Assembly (NCBI RefSeq): GCF_001598795.1
Contig: NZ_BCZP01000016.1
Coordinates: 90,001 to 122,000, forward strand
From: Delftia acidovorans NBRC 14950
GTDB taxonomy: Bacteria; Pseudomonadota; Gammaproteobacteria; Burkholderiales; Burkholderiaceae_C
Length of the DNA: 32,000 nt
Direction: 5' to 3'
Below are positions 18,997 through 27,224 of this stretch, piece by piece; position 1 is the first letter of the stretch, and each line of letters starts with the position of its first letter. Below the pieces are notes generated by a model. That model saw nothing but the letters and a program-made list of their open reading frames with translations, made no database searches and had not been told where the DNA came from. The translations under genes were made by a program, and so were the position numbers.

Positions 18997-19398
18997 GGGG
19001 GATGTCTCCTTGTCGGTGTTTTTGGTGGCGCAGCGGCTGCGGCCGGCGGCGGATTTTTCAGGCGGGCCAATGCTGGGCGGTGGCTGTCTTGACGTCAATC
19101 AATGTTTTGGCAGGACGTCATGCGGCGGGCGAATGACCTGTTCGTCCTTGCTCGGAAAATGAGAATGGATTGCACCGGCGTGCGCTCTTCATGGCTCCTG
19201 CAACCACGGCGCAAGCCTCCTGGACCCGCCCATGAACAAGGTCCGCACCCTCTCCTGCATCCGCCCCCGTCGCTGCCAACTGCCCGCATCCATGCGGCTT
19301 TGCGGCTCCTGCCTGCACCTGCACGGTGCGCCCCATGGCGTGGGCCGGCGCCCGCCGAGGCACCGGGGTGGGGTGGGCATTGCCGATGCCGATACAGC

Positions 19399-21627
19399 TT
19401 AGAAATCCGCCTTCAGGCTCACCGTCAGATTGCGCGGCTCGCCCCACCAGCCCTGGTTGTAGAAGCCGATCTGGCTGTAGTACTGGCGGTCCAGCACGTT
19501 GTTGAGCTGCACGCTGGCCGACCAGGTGGGGTCGATGCGGTAGTGGGCCGAGAGGTTGACCACCAGGTAGCTGCCCTGGCCGACCTGCACGCTCTGGCGC
19601 AGCGGGTTGGTCACGTTCTGCCAGATGCGGCTTTGCCAGCGCAGGTTGCCGCCCAGGCTCAGGCCCCGAAGCGCACCCTCGAAGCTGCGCATGGCCGTGA
19701 GCTTGACCAGGCTGCGCGGGTGCGTGGTGTTGAAGGCGGCGCCGCTGGCGCTGCGTGCCGTGTAGTGCGTGTAGCTGGCGCCCATGCGCCAGCCCCGGGC
19801 CGGCTCGCCGCTGAGTTCCAGATCGATGCCGCGCACCTGCGCGCCCTTGACGCCGCGATAGGCCTTCTGGTCTGTGGTGCCGTCGATGAATTCGCCCGTG
19901 TCCTGCGCCAGATTGTCCTGGCGGGTCTGGAACAGCGCGGCAGAACCCTGCAGCCGGTCCTGCAGCCAGGAGCCCTTGAGGCCCAGCTCGAAGGCCTGGC
20001 CGGTGACGGGGTCCAGGATGCTGCCTTGCTTGTCGCGGTAGTTCTGGGGCGTGAAGATTTCCGTGTAGCTCAGGTAGGCCGTATGCCGGGCATCGATGTC
20101 CCACAGCAGGCCGGCGTAGGGCGTGATTTCGTTGCTGTAGCGGTAGTCGCGCAGGCTGCCGAAGTAGTTCTGGCGCGTGGACCAGCGGCTCAGGCGGGCG
20201 CCGGCCACGGCCGTCCAGCCATCGGCCAGCGAGAAACGCCCCACGGCATAGCCGCCGCTTTGGCGCATGCGGCTGTCGTCGCCGCCGTTGGAGACGTCGG
20301 ACCAGCCAGGCTCGGCCAGGCTGCCGTTGCGCCAGTCGAGGAAGTTGTCCGTGGCAGGCGGCGTGCCCAGCGGTGCGTAGCGGCGGATGTCGATGTCGTC
20401 GCGCACATGGTTCCATCCCACGGCAATCTCGTGCTGACGCCCGAACAGCGCGACCGGGCCGCTGGCCGTGAGGTGCAGGCTGTCGCGCGAGCGGTCACCC
20501 CGGTATTTGATGAAGGAGTTGGCCATGCCCAGGCCGGTGGTGGCGTCCGGCGCGCCGCCCCGGTAGACGTAGCGCATGTCGTAGTTGCCTTCGTTGCGGC
20601 TGTAGGCGGCGCGCAGCAGCCAGCGGTTGTCCAGGCGGTGCGTCAGGTCCAGCGTGGCCGTGGTGTTCTCGGTGCCGAAATGCGACCAGCGCGTGTTGTT
20701 GGATACCGAGCGGTCGAAGTCCGTGCGGCTGCCGTCCGCATAGAACAGCGGAAAGCCGGCGCCCATGCCGGGACTGGTGTTCTTCTGGTATTCGAGGCTG
20801 GTCACGAGCCGCGTGGCGGGCGTCAGGGCCGCGCTGACCACGGCATACAGGCCCTGCCTGCGCTGGCCAAAGTGGCTGACGTAGCTATCGCTATCCGATT
20901 GCACGGCCACGACGCGGCCATGCACGCGGCCTTTGCGGTCCAGCGGCAGGGACAGATCGGCCTCGGCGCGGCGCAGGTTCCAGCGGCCAAGCGTCAGCGA
21001 GGCATGGCCGCCCGCCGTCTCGCGCGGCTGCTTTCGCACGAAGTTCACCGTGGCCGACGGATCGCCCGAGCCATTGAGCAGGCCCGTGGCGCCGCGCACG
21101 ATTTCCACGCGGTCGTAGAAGGCCGTGTCCATGTCGGTGGCGCCGAAGTTCCACAGGCTGTTGATGGGCGAGGCCAGCCCGTCGAACTGGAAGTTGCTGA
21201 CGCCAAAGCCGCGCGAGGAAAACTGGTAGCGGTTGCTGTCGCTGCGGCTGACCGACAGGCCGGGGGCGGAGGCCTCCAGCGTCTGCGAGACCGTGAGCTG
21301 GCCGGCATCGTCCATGAGCTGGCGCGTAATCACGCTGACCGACTGCGGTGTCTCGCGCGCCGACAGTTGCAGGCCCGTGGCCGTGCCTGTGGCGCCGCTG
21401 GTGTAGCGCGCCGTGCCTTCGGTGGTACCCGCATCGGCGGCGGCGCGCACGGTGACGGTGCCCAGTTCGGTGTCGCCTTTCCTGGCAGGGGGCCTGTCCT
21501 CGTCGGCGGCCCAGACTGCTGGCGCAGGGGCTGCACAAAGTGCACAGATCAGCAGGGACAGCGGGGTCCGCGCGCCTTGGGGGTGTCGGGGGGTGGGGTT
21601 TTGAATGCGAATGCTCATCATTTCCAT
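19399..21627 (-). CDS. TonB-dependent siderophore receptor
   Basis: Plug motifs ETPQSVSVITRQLMDD and RGFGVSNFQFDGL, a long beta-barrel, and a terminal ..SLKADF. Start set at MEMMSIR (21627); nearby in-frame ATGs at 21621 and 21618 are also possible. No FecA-type N-terminal signalling domain is evident. Confidence 0.9.
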   Translation of the reverse strand: MEMMSIRIQNPTPRHPQGARTPLSLLICALCAAPAPAVWAADEDRPPARKGDTELGTVTVRAAADAGTTEGTARYTSGATGTATGLQLSARETPQSVSVITRQLMDDAGQLTVSQTLEASAPGLSVSRSDSNRYQFSSRGFGVSNFQFDGLASPINSLWNFGATDMDTAFYDRVEIVRGATGLLNGSGDPSATVNFVRKQPRETAGGHASLTLGRWNLRRAEADLSLPLDRKGRVHGRVVAVQSDSDSYVSHFGQRRQGLYAVVSAALTPATRLVTSLEYQKNTSPGMGAGFPLFYADGSRTDFDRSVSNNTRWSHFGTENTTATLDLTHRLDNRWLLRAAYSRNEGNYDMRYVYRGGAPDATTGLGMANSFIKYRGDRSRDSLHLTASGPVALFGRQHEIAVGWNHVRDDIDIRRYAPLGTPPATDNFLDWRNGSLAEPGWSDVSNGGDDSRMRQSGGYAVGRFSLADGWTAVAGARLSRWSTRQNYFGSLRDYRYSNEITPYAGLLWDIDARHTAYLSYTEIFTPQNYRDKQGSILDPVTGQAFELGLKGSWLQDRLQGSAALFQTRQDNLAQDTGEFIDGTTDQKAYRGVKGAQVRGIDLELSGEPARGWRMGASYTHYTARSASGAAFNTTHPRSLVKLTAMRSFEGALRGLSLGGNLRWQSRIWQNVTNPLRQSVQVGQGSYLVVNLSAHYRIDPTWSASVQLNNVLDRQYYSQIGFYNQGWWGEPRNLTVSLKADF

Positions 21628-21695
21628 GGTCCTGGGCGTGAGCCCGGATTGTGGGAAATGTGTGCCGCCGCCGCCTGTTCCCGGCGACGCCAGTC

Positions 21696-22658
21696 CTATG
21701 GTTTGCGACGCAGGCTGCCTTGGCTGGGCGCGTGGCCGAAGCGCTGGCGAAAGGCCGTGGCGAAATTGCTGGCGTGCTGAAAGCCCACGCAGTCGGCCGC
21801 TTCCTGCACGCTCCAGCCCTGTGCCAGCCGCTCGCGCGCCAATTGCATGCGGCGCTCGCGCAGCCAGCCGAACACGGTCTGGCCGTAGGCGGCCTGGAAT
21901 TTCTCGCGCAGCGTGGTCGGGCTCATGCAGGCCAGGCGCGCCAGGTCGTCCAGGCTGTGCGCCTGGCCCGGCGCCGCATCCATGCACTCGCGCACGCGCT
22001 CCAGGCCGCGCCTGTCCCGGGGATGGATGCGCGGCGAGGGCGCAGGCCGCGGCTGCGCATGTGCCTGCAGCGCGCAGGCCAGCACCTGCAGCGCAATGCC
22101 TTCGCGGTGCAGCCGGGCCAGGCTGCCGCTCCAGACGCCATCGAGCAGCTGGCGCAGCGACACCGCCAGATGCTCGGGCAGCGACCAGGCATGCAGCGGC
22201 GGGCCGGACTGCTGCAGGGCGTGGTGCAGCAGCTCGGCCAGTTCGGCATCGGCGCAGGCCTCGGGTGCCTCGATGGACAGGTTGAAGCCACGCACCCTCT
22301 GGCCTGCCGCATGGGTGGCCTTGAGCACCTCGGTGTCGCCGCAGGAGAATGCCGCTGCGGCATGGCGCGTTACGCTCAGGGCCTTGCGGGCGGCGGGCAG
22401 CTGCAGCTCGGCCTGGCCGTCCAGCAGGACCACGGCGGTGAAGCGCCGCGGGTGCTCGGACGTGGATTCATAGCCATGGTTGATGCGGATGTCGGAACTG
22501 ACCAGCTGCAGGCCCGAAGGCAGTTGGTGCTCCTGCACCTGGCCTTCGAAGATGCAATCGTTTTCGGAGACGGTGGAGAGAAAGCGCACGCTGAAACCGT
22601 GGCGCTGGCGCATGGCGTCGAGCTGCGCCGTGGTGTAGCGCTGGGAAGGGGCGGGCAT
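21696..22658 (-). CDS. AraC-family transcriptional regulator (PchR/YbtA-like position upstream of a receptor gene)
   Basis: C-terminal double HTH: LDDLARLACMSPTTLREKFQAAYGQTVFGWLRERRMQLARERL ... GFQHASNFATAFRQRFG. Start at ATG 22658 rather than the ORF-track start 23009. Confidence 0.85.
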   Translation of the reverse strand: MPAPSQRYTTAQLDAMRQRHGFSVRFLSTVSENDCIFEGQVQEHQLPSGLQLVSSDIRINHGYESTSEHPRRFTAVVLLDGQAELQLPAARKALSVTRHAAAAFSCGDTEVLKATHAAGQRVRGFNLSIEAPEACADAELAELLHHALQQSGPPLHAWSLPEHLAVSLRQLLDGVWSGSLARLHREGIALQVLACALQAHAQPRPAPSPRIHPRDRRGLERVRECMDAAPGQAHSLDDLARLACMSPTTLREKFQAAYGQTVFGWLRERRMQLARERLAQGWSVQEAADCVGFQHASNFATAFRQRFGHAPSQGSLRRKP

Positions 22659-22699
22659 GGGCGGAGGCGGAAAGGCGGTGGCGGGAAGCGCTCGCTGCA

Positions 22700-22718
22700 G
22701 TGAACGCTTCTCATTATC
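22700..22718 (-). promoter_or_regulatory. Fur-box-like sequence upstream of the AraC regulator
   Basis: Minus strand reads GATAATGAGAAGCGTTCAC, matching 14 of 19 positions of GATAATGATAATCATTATC. It is the only AT-rich patch in the 110-bp spacer, 42 nt upstream of the ATG, and is flanked by cgctgcag on both sides. Confidence 0.35.
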
Positions 22719-22768
22719 GCTGCAGGCTTGCTCCGGCCCTGCGCCGTCCAGCCCGCAGATGCGCAGGC

Positions 22769-24463
22769 TCAGGGCAGGGCGCAGACAAAGCTGGCCGCAT
22801 CCTCCACATTGCCCGTGCCGGCGGCTGCGCCCTCGAACCTGTACCTGGCAATCTTCGGATACGGGCACAGCGGGCGCGTGCGCTGCGGAAAGTCCGCGCT
22901 GGACGGCAGGGCCCTGGCGGCGATGGTGTCCGGGGCGACGCCTTTCTCCACCCAGTCGACCATGGCCTGTATGGAGTCGAAGCTGTCCGTGGCCGGGCCG
23001 CCCGAGCAATGGTTCATGCCCGGCACGAGGAAGGTGCGCGCAAAGTCCTGCGTGGCCTGCATGCCGCCGTTGTTGGCGGCCAGGCGCTCGTAGTAGTCCA
23101 GCGTGTCCAGCGCCGAGAAGATGGGGTCGGACATGCCGTGGATGAAGAGCATCTTGCCGCCGTGCTGCCGGAAGGCCGTGAGCCGGTCATCCCGGTAGGT
23201 GTCATAGATGGCCGAGTAGGCCTGCATGCGCGCCGGGTCGGTGTCGAAATTGAAGGCCAGCGGGTTGAAGCCCAGGTCTGGCGGGGTGAGGAATTCGTTG
23301 ACCAGCGCATCCACGATCAGCGTGATGTAGCGCGAATCCGGCGTGGCGGTGGTGGAGCTGCCCAGTGTCCAGGTGCGCCAGCCCGGCGCTGCCAGGCCCG
23401 GATCCCACGGCTGGCCCGCATACAGGGCCTGGCCTGCCGAGTTGCGCGGCCCGGCAAACACGTTTCTGAGCGCGTTCACCTGTCCGCTGCTCAGGCAGCT
23501 GCCGGTCTTGGCGCCGCCGCACTGCAGCACGCCGGGGTCGAAATGGCAGGCCTTGACGTGGTTCACCATGCCATCGGCCACGCCGTCGGCCGCATCGCAG
23601 GAGGCGGTCACGGCCTTGGCCACCAGGTTCAGGTCCTCGTTGCTGAAGGCCCGGGAGAGGATGCGCCGACCGCTGCTGTCGGCCGGCGCGATGGCATCGA
23701 ACTCGATGGTGTTCCACATCGCGGCCACCGTGGCGCCGCTCGATACCCGCATGGCAGGGGCGCCGGCCGTGATGGCGTCGAAGTAGTCGGGAAAGCGCTG
23801 CGAGAACACCATGCCCTGCCGCCCGCCACCCGAGCAGCCTGAAAAATAGGAGTGCTCAGGCTTGCGCCCGTAGCGCGTGGAGATCAGTGATTTGGCCGCC
23901 ACGGCGGTCTTGTCGTAGGCGTTGTAGGCGTGGTCCAGCCGGGCCTGAGGGTCGGCACCGAAGCTGGCCGTGGTGCCGGTGTGGCCCGCGTCGGTGGAGA
24001 CCACCGCAAAGCCCTGGCCCAGCGGCGAAGGCGTTGCGCCAGAGATGCTGGAGCTCAGCGAGGTGTCGCGCAGGATGCCGTCGTTGCCACCGCCGCCGAT
24101 GAAGAGAAACCGGCCGTTCCATTGGTCCGGCAGGCTGAGCTGGAACCCGATGGCGTAGTTCTTGCCGTCCACGCCCACGCGCGGGTTGATGGCGCCGGTG
24201 ACTACGCAGTGCCCGGGCAGCAGCGCGCCGGTGCTGGCGCCGCCCGGCCTGCGGGTGTCGGGCGGCACATAGCTGGTGGACAGCCGGGTGGCCGCAAGGC
24301 CTGCCCTGTCAGGCAGGTCGGCGCAGGCGGCCGCCTGCGTTGCGGCATCGGCCAAAGTGGGGCTGCTGCCACCGCCGCAGCCCGCCATGAGAAGGGATGC
24401 GGCAAAGGCGGCCGTGGATGGAAAAACGCGCCGCAAGGCGCGTGGGGCGTGGTCGATTCGCAT
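22769..24463 (-). CDS. Tannase/feruloyl-esterase-family alpha/beta hydrolase, predicted lipoprotein
   Basis: Lipobox LLMAGC (Cys29). Nucleophile motif FSGCSGGGRQG (Cys210-Ser211) and C-terminal PGMNHCSGG, together the Cys-Ser...His-Cys signature of this family. aggaga lies 7 nt before the ATG. Confidence 0.85.
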   Translation of the reverse strand: MRIDHAPRALRRVFPSTAAFAASLLMAGCGGGSSPTLADAATQAAACADLPDRAGLAATRLSTSYVPPDTRRPGGASTGALLPGHCVVTGAINPRVGVDGKNYAIGFQLSLPDQWNGRFLFIGGGGNDGILRDTSLSSSISGATPSPLGQGFAVVSTDAGHTGTTASFGADPQARLDHAYNAYDKTAVAAKSLISTRYGRKPEHSYFSGCSGGGRQGMVFSQRFPDYFDAITAGAPAMRVSSGATVAAMWNTIEFDAIAPADSSGRRILSRAFSNEDLNLVAKAVTASCDAADGVADGMVNHVKACHFDPGVLQCGGAKTGSCLSSGQVNALRNVFAGPRNSAGQALYAGQPWDPGLAAPGWRTWTLGSSTTATPDSRYITLIVDALVNEFLTPPDLGFNPLAFNFDTDPARMQAYSAIYDTYRDDRLTAFRQHGGKMLFIHGMSDPIFSALDTLDYYERLAANNGGMQATQDFARTFLVPGMNHCSGGPATDSFDSIQAMVDWVEKGVAPDTIAARALPSSADFPQRTRPLCPYPKIARYRFEGAAAGTGNVEDAASFVCALP

Positions 24464-24568
24464 GGCTTGTGTCTCCTGTCGCCCGAGCGTAAGACCAGGG
24501 ACGGAGGGGCCATGTCATCTCAGAGGATGACGGGACAACCCGGCGTGGGCGCTGCCCCGCGCCCGGCT

Positions 24569-25735
24569 TCAGAGTTTGCGCAGCCGCTCCAACGCCGCGC
24601 GCAGCGTGCTGTCTTGCTTGGCAAAGCAAAAGCGCACCACGCGCTGGTCGAAGCCGTCGCCATAGAAGGCCGACAGCGGGATGGCCGCCACGCCATGCTC
24701 CCGGACCAGCCACTGGCAGAACGCGGCTTCGTCCAGGTCCGACACGGCCGAGATGTCGGCGCAGACGAAGTAGGTCCCCGCCGTGGGCAGCAGGCGCAGG
24801 CGCGAGCCTTCCAGGCCCTGGCAGAACAGGTCGCGCTTGGCCTGGTAGAAGGCGGGCAGCTGCAGGTAGGGCGCAGGGTCGGCCATGTAGCTGGCCAGGC
24901 CCGCCTGCATGGGCGTGTTGACGGTGAAGACGTTGAACTGGTGGACCTTGCGGAACTCGGCCGTGAGCGCGGCCGGCGCGGCGACGGTGCCCACCTTCCA
25001 GCCCGTGACATGGTAGGTCTTGCCGAAGCTGGAGACGATGAAGGCGCGCGCCGCCAGGCCGGCAAAGCGCGCGGCGCTCTGGTGCTGGCGGCCGTCGTAG
25101 ACCATGTGCTCGTAGACCTCGTCGCTGATCAGCAGCACGTCGGTGGGCGCCAGCAGCTCCTGCAGCTGCAGCATCTCGGCATCGCTCCAGATGGTGGCGC
25201 TGGGGTTGTGCGGGCTGTTGATGATCAAAAGCCGTGTGCGCGGCGTGATGGCGGCGGCAATTTTGGCGAAGTCGGGCTTGAAGCTGCCCGGCGTCAGCGG
25301 CACGCGCACGGGCACGCCGCCGGCCAGCTCGATGTTGGGTACGTAGCTGTCGTAGCAGGGGTCGAGCACGATCACCTCATCGCCCGCATGCACGGTGGCC
25401 AGGATGGCGGTGAGGATGGCCTGCGTGGCGCCGGCCGTGACCGTGATCTCGGTGCCCGCGTCGTAGCGGCGGCCGTACAGCGCCTCCATCTTGTCGGCCA
25501 TGGCCTGGCGCAGCTGCGGTAGGCCGGGCATGGGCGGGTACTGGTTGTGGCCGGCCTGCATGGCGGCCGTGACGGCATCGACCAGCCTGGGGTCGCAGCC
25601 GAAGTCGGGGAAGCCCTGGCCCAGGTTCACCGCCTGGTGCTCGGCGGCCAGCGCCGACATGGTGGTGAAGATGGTCGTGCCCACATGGGGCAGGCGGCTG
25701 GGGAAGGCGGGCGTGCGGGGCGTGGCAGAGGTCAT
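24569..25735 (-). CDS. Class I/II PLP-dependent aminotransferase (YbdL/methionine aminotransferase-like)
   Basis: NLGQGFPDF, INSPHNPS, and the PLP lysine in SSFGKTYHVTGWKVG. Confidence 0.85.
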   Translation of the reverse strand: MTSATPRTPAFPSRLPHVGTTIFTTMSALAAEHQAVNLGQGFPDFGCDPRLVDAVTAAMQAGHNQYPPMPGLPQLRQAMADKMEALYGRRYDAGTEITVTAGATQAILTAILATVHAGDEVIVLDPCYDSYVPNIELAGGVPVRVPLTPGSFKPDFAKIAAAITPRTRLLIINSPHNPSATIWSDAEMLQLQELLAPTDVLLISDEVYEHMVYDGRQHQSAARFAGLAARAFIVSSFGKTYHVTGWKVGTVAAPAALTAEFRKVHQFNVFTVNTPMQAGLASYMADPAPYLQLPAFYQAKRDLFCQGLEGSRLRLLPTAGTYFVCADISAVSDLDEAAFCQWLVREHGVAAIPLSAFYGDGFDQRVVRFCFAKQDSTLRAALERLRKL

Positions 25736-25746
25736 GGCGGAGGCAG

Positions 25747-25780
25747 CGGAAAACGGGAACGGGCCCGCGCTGCGGGCCCG
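25747..25780 (-). terminator. Rho-independent terminator after cysB
   Basis: cgggcccgc gct gcgggcccg: a perfect 9-bp GC stem (25760-25780), followed on the minus strand by ttcccgttttcc. Confidence 0.55.
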
Positions 25781-25794
25781 GTTGGGGCGGAGGA

Positions 25795-26736
25795 TCAGAG
25801 TTCGTAGTCGTGCACGTGGCCGCTCATGGCGCGCATGATCAGGTCGCGCGTCAGGCGGTCGCTGAGCAGTTCGGCGAAGCGGTAGACGAAGTTGCGCAAA
25901 TAGGCGCCACGCTTGATGGCCACGCGCGCCACGCTCTGGCCGAACAGATGGCCCATGGGGCGCACCACGAGGTCGTTGACCGGATCGTCGCGCATGGCCA
26001 TCTCGGCCACGATGCCGATGCCCAGGCCCAGGCGCACATAGGTCTTGATCACGTCGGAGTCAATGGCCTCCAGCACGATGCGCGGACGCAGCCGGCGCGT
26101 GGCGAAGGCCTGGTCGATCTTGCCGCGCCCGGTGAACGAGGGGTGGTAGGTGATCAGCGACTCATGGGCGATGTCGTCCAGCGTGATGCGCTCCTTCTGC
26201 GCCAGCGGATGGCCCGTGGGCATGACCAGCACATGCTGCCATTCGTAGCAGGGCAGGGTGACGAGATCGGGGTAGTCGGCCAGGGACTCGGTGGCCATGC
26301 CGATGTCGGCGATTTCGTCGATGACCATGCGCGCCACCTCGGCCGGCGTGGCCTGGTGCAGGCTGATGGTGACCTTGGGATACAGGTCGCGCAGCCGTGC
26401 CACGGCGGGCGGCAGCACGTAGCGGGCCTGGGTGTGGGTGGTGGCAATCGACAGCGTGCCGCTGTCCTGGGCGCTGTACTGCTCGCCGATGCGCTTGAGG
26501 TTGCCGATCTCGCGCATGATGAGTTCAATGCTCTTGAGCACCTCCAGGCCGGGTTCGGTGATGCGCTTGAGGCGCTTGCCGTGGCGCGCGAAGATGTCGA
26601 TGCCCAGCTCCTCCTCAAGCTCGATGATGGCCTTGGAGACGCCGGGCTGCGAGGTGTGCAGGGCCTTGGCCGCCTCGGTGAGGTTGAGGTTGCGGCGCGC
26701 CGCTTCTTGGACGAATCGGAATTGGTGCAGGTTCAT
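25795..26736 (-). CDS. cysB: LysR-family regulator of the CysB/Cbl type
   Basis: wHTH LNLTEAAKALHTSQPGVSKAIIELEEELG and the CysB hallmark LSIATTHTQARYVLP. Start at MNLHQF (ATG 26736). An AT-rich promoter patch lies at 26760-26800. Confidence 0.85.
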   Translation of the reverse strand: MNLHQFRFVQEAARRNLNLTEAAKALHTSQPGVSKAIIELEEELGIDIFARHGKRLKRITEPGLEVLKSIELIMREIGNLKRIGEQYSAQDSGTLSIATTHTQARYVLPPAVARLRDLYPKVTISLHQATPAEVARMVIDEIADIGMATESLADYPDLVTLPCYEWQHVLVMPTGHPLAQKERITLDDIAHESLITYHPSFTGRGKIDQAFATRRLRPRIVLEAIDSDVIKTYVRLGLGIGIVAEMAMRDDPVNDLVVRPMGHLFGQSVARVAIKRGAYLRNFVYRFAELLSDRLTRDLIMRAMSGHVHDYEL

Positions 26737-26800
26737 GGCGGTGACAGCTGGGTGCAGCGCGCCATTATGCTGCATTTATATAAAGAAGCGATTCGTTATT

Positions 26801-27214
26801 TCAGCTTCCTGACCTGCCGGAAGGCTCCATGGCCGCCAACGCCAGCTCTGCCAGCAGGGCCGTGACACGCGGATGCTCGCCCACGGCAGGCTCCAGTTCC
26901 ACGGCCACCTGTGGGTGGGTGTCGCGGATCTCCTGCACCAGCTTCGGGATGTCCTCGCGCGCATGCTTGCCCGTGCCCAGGAACAGGGGCAGCACGGTGA
27001 TGCGCATGGCGCCCGCCTCGACCAGCCCGCGCGCGGCGGTGGGCAGGTCGGGCGCACAGGCTTCCAGGTAGGCGCATGCAGCCAGGCCGTGGGGCCGCGT
27101 TTGCCGGACGGCGCCGAGCACGGCCTCGATGGGCTGGCGCCACAGGGCGTCGCGGGAGCCGTGGGCCAGCAGGATCAGGCCGGCAATGCCGGCCGCTGTT
27201 GTGTCGTTTTGCAT
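26801..27214 (-). CDS. CbiX/SirB-like small sirohydrochlorin chelatase
   Basis: GLILLAHGSRD, TVLPLFLGTGKHARED; about 137 aa, single-domain CbiX-small size. Confidence 0.7.
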   Translation of the reverse strand: MQNDTTAAGIAGLILLAHGSRDALWRQPIEAVLGAVRQTRPHGLAACAYLEACAPDLPTAARGLVEAGAMRITVLPLFLGTGKHAREDIPKLVQEIRDTHPQVAVELEPAVGEHPRVTALLAELALAAMEPSGRSGS

Positions 27215-27224
27215 GGCAACGGAT

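Noticed and set aside
19102-21780. 892-aa plus-strand ORF, the longest in the track
   Set aside because: It is antisense to the TonB-dependent receptor, which has plug motifs and a terminal Phe. The plus-frame product is Ala/Arg/Gly/Val-rich with no recognisable domain.
24517-24560. Small hairpins (gtcatc-tcagag-gatgac and gggcgc-tgcccc-gcgccc) downstream of the aminotransferase gene
   Set aside because: The stems are short (6 bp) with no T tract on the relevant strand, which is insufficient to call a terminator.
23930-25522. 530-aa plus-strand ORF opposite the esterase and aminotransferase genes
   Set aside because: It is an antisense shadow ORF crossing an intergenic gap between two well-supported minus-strand genes.
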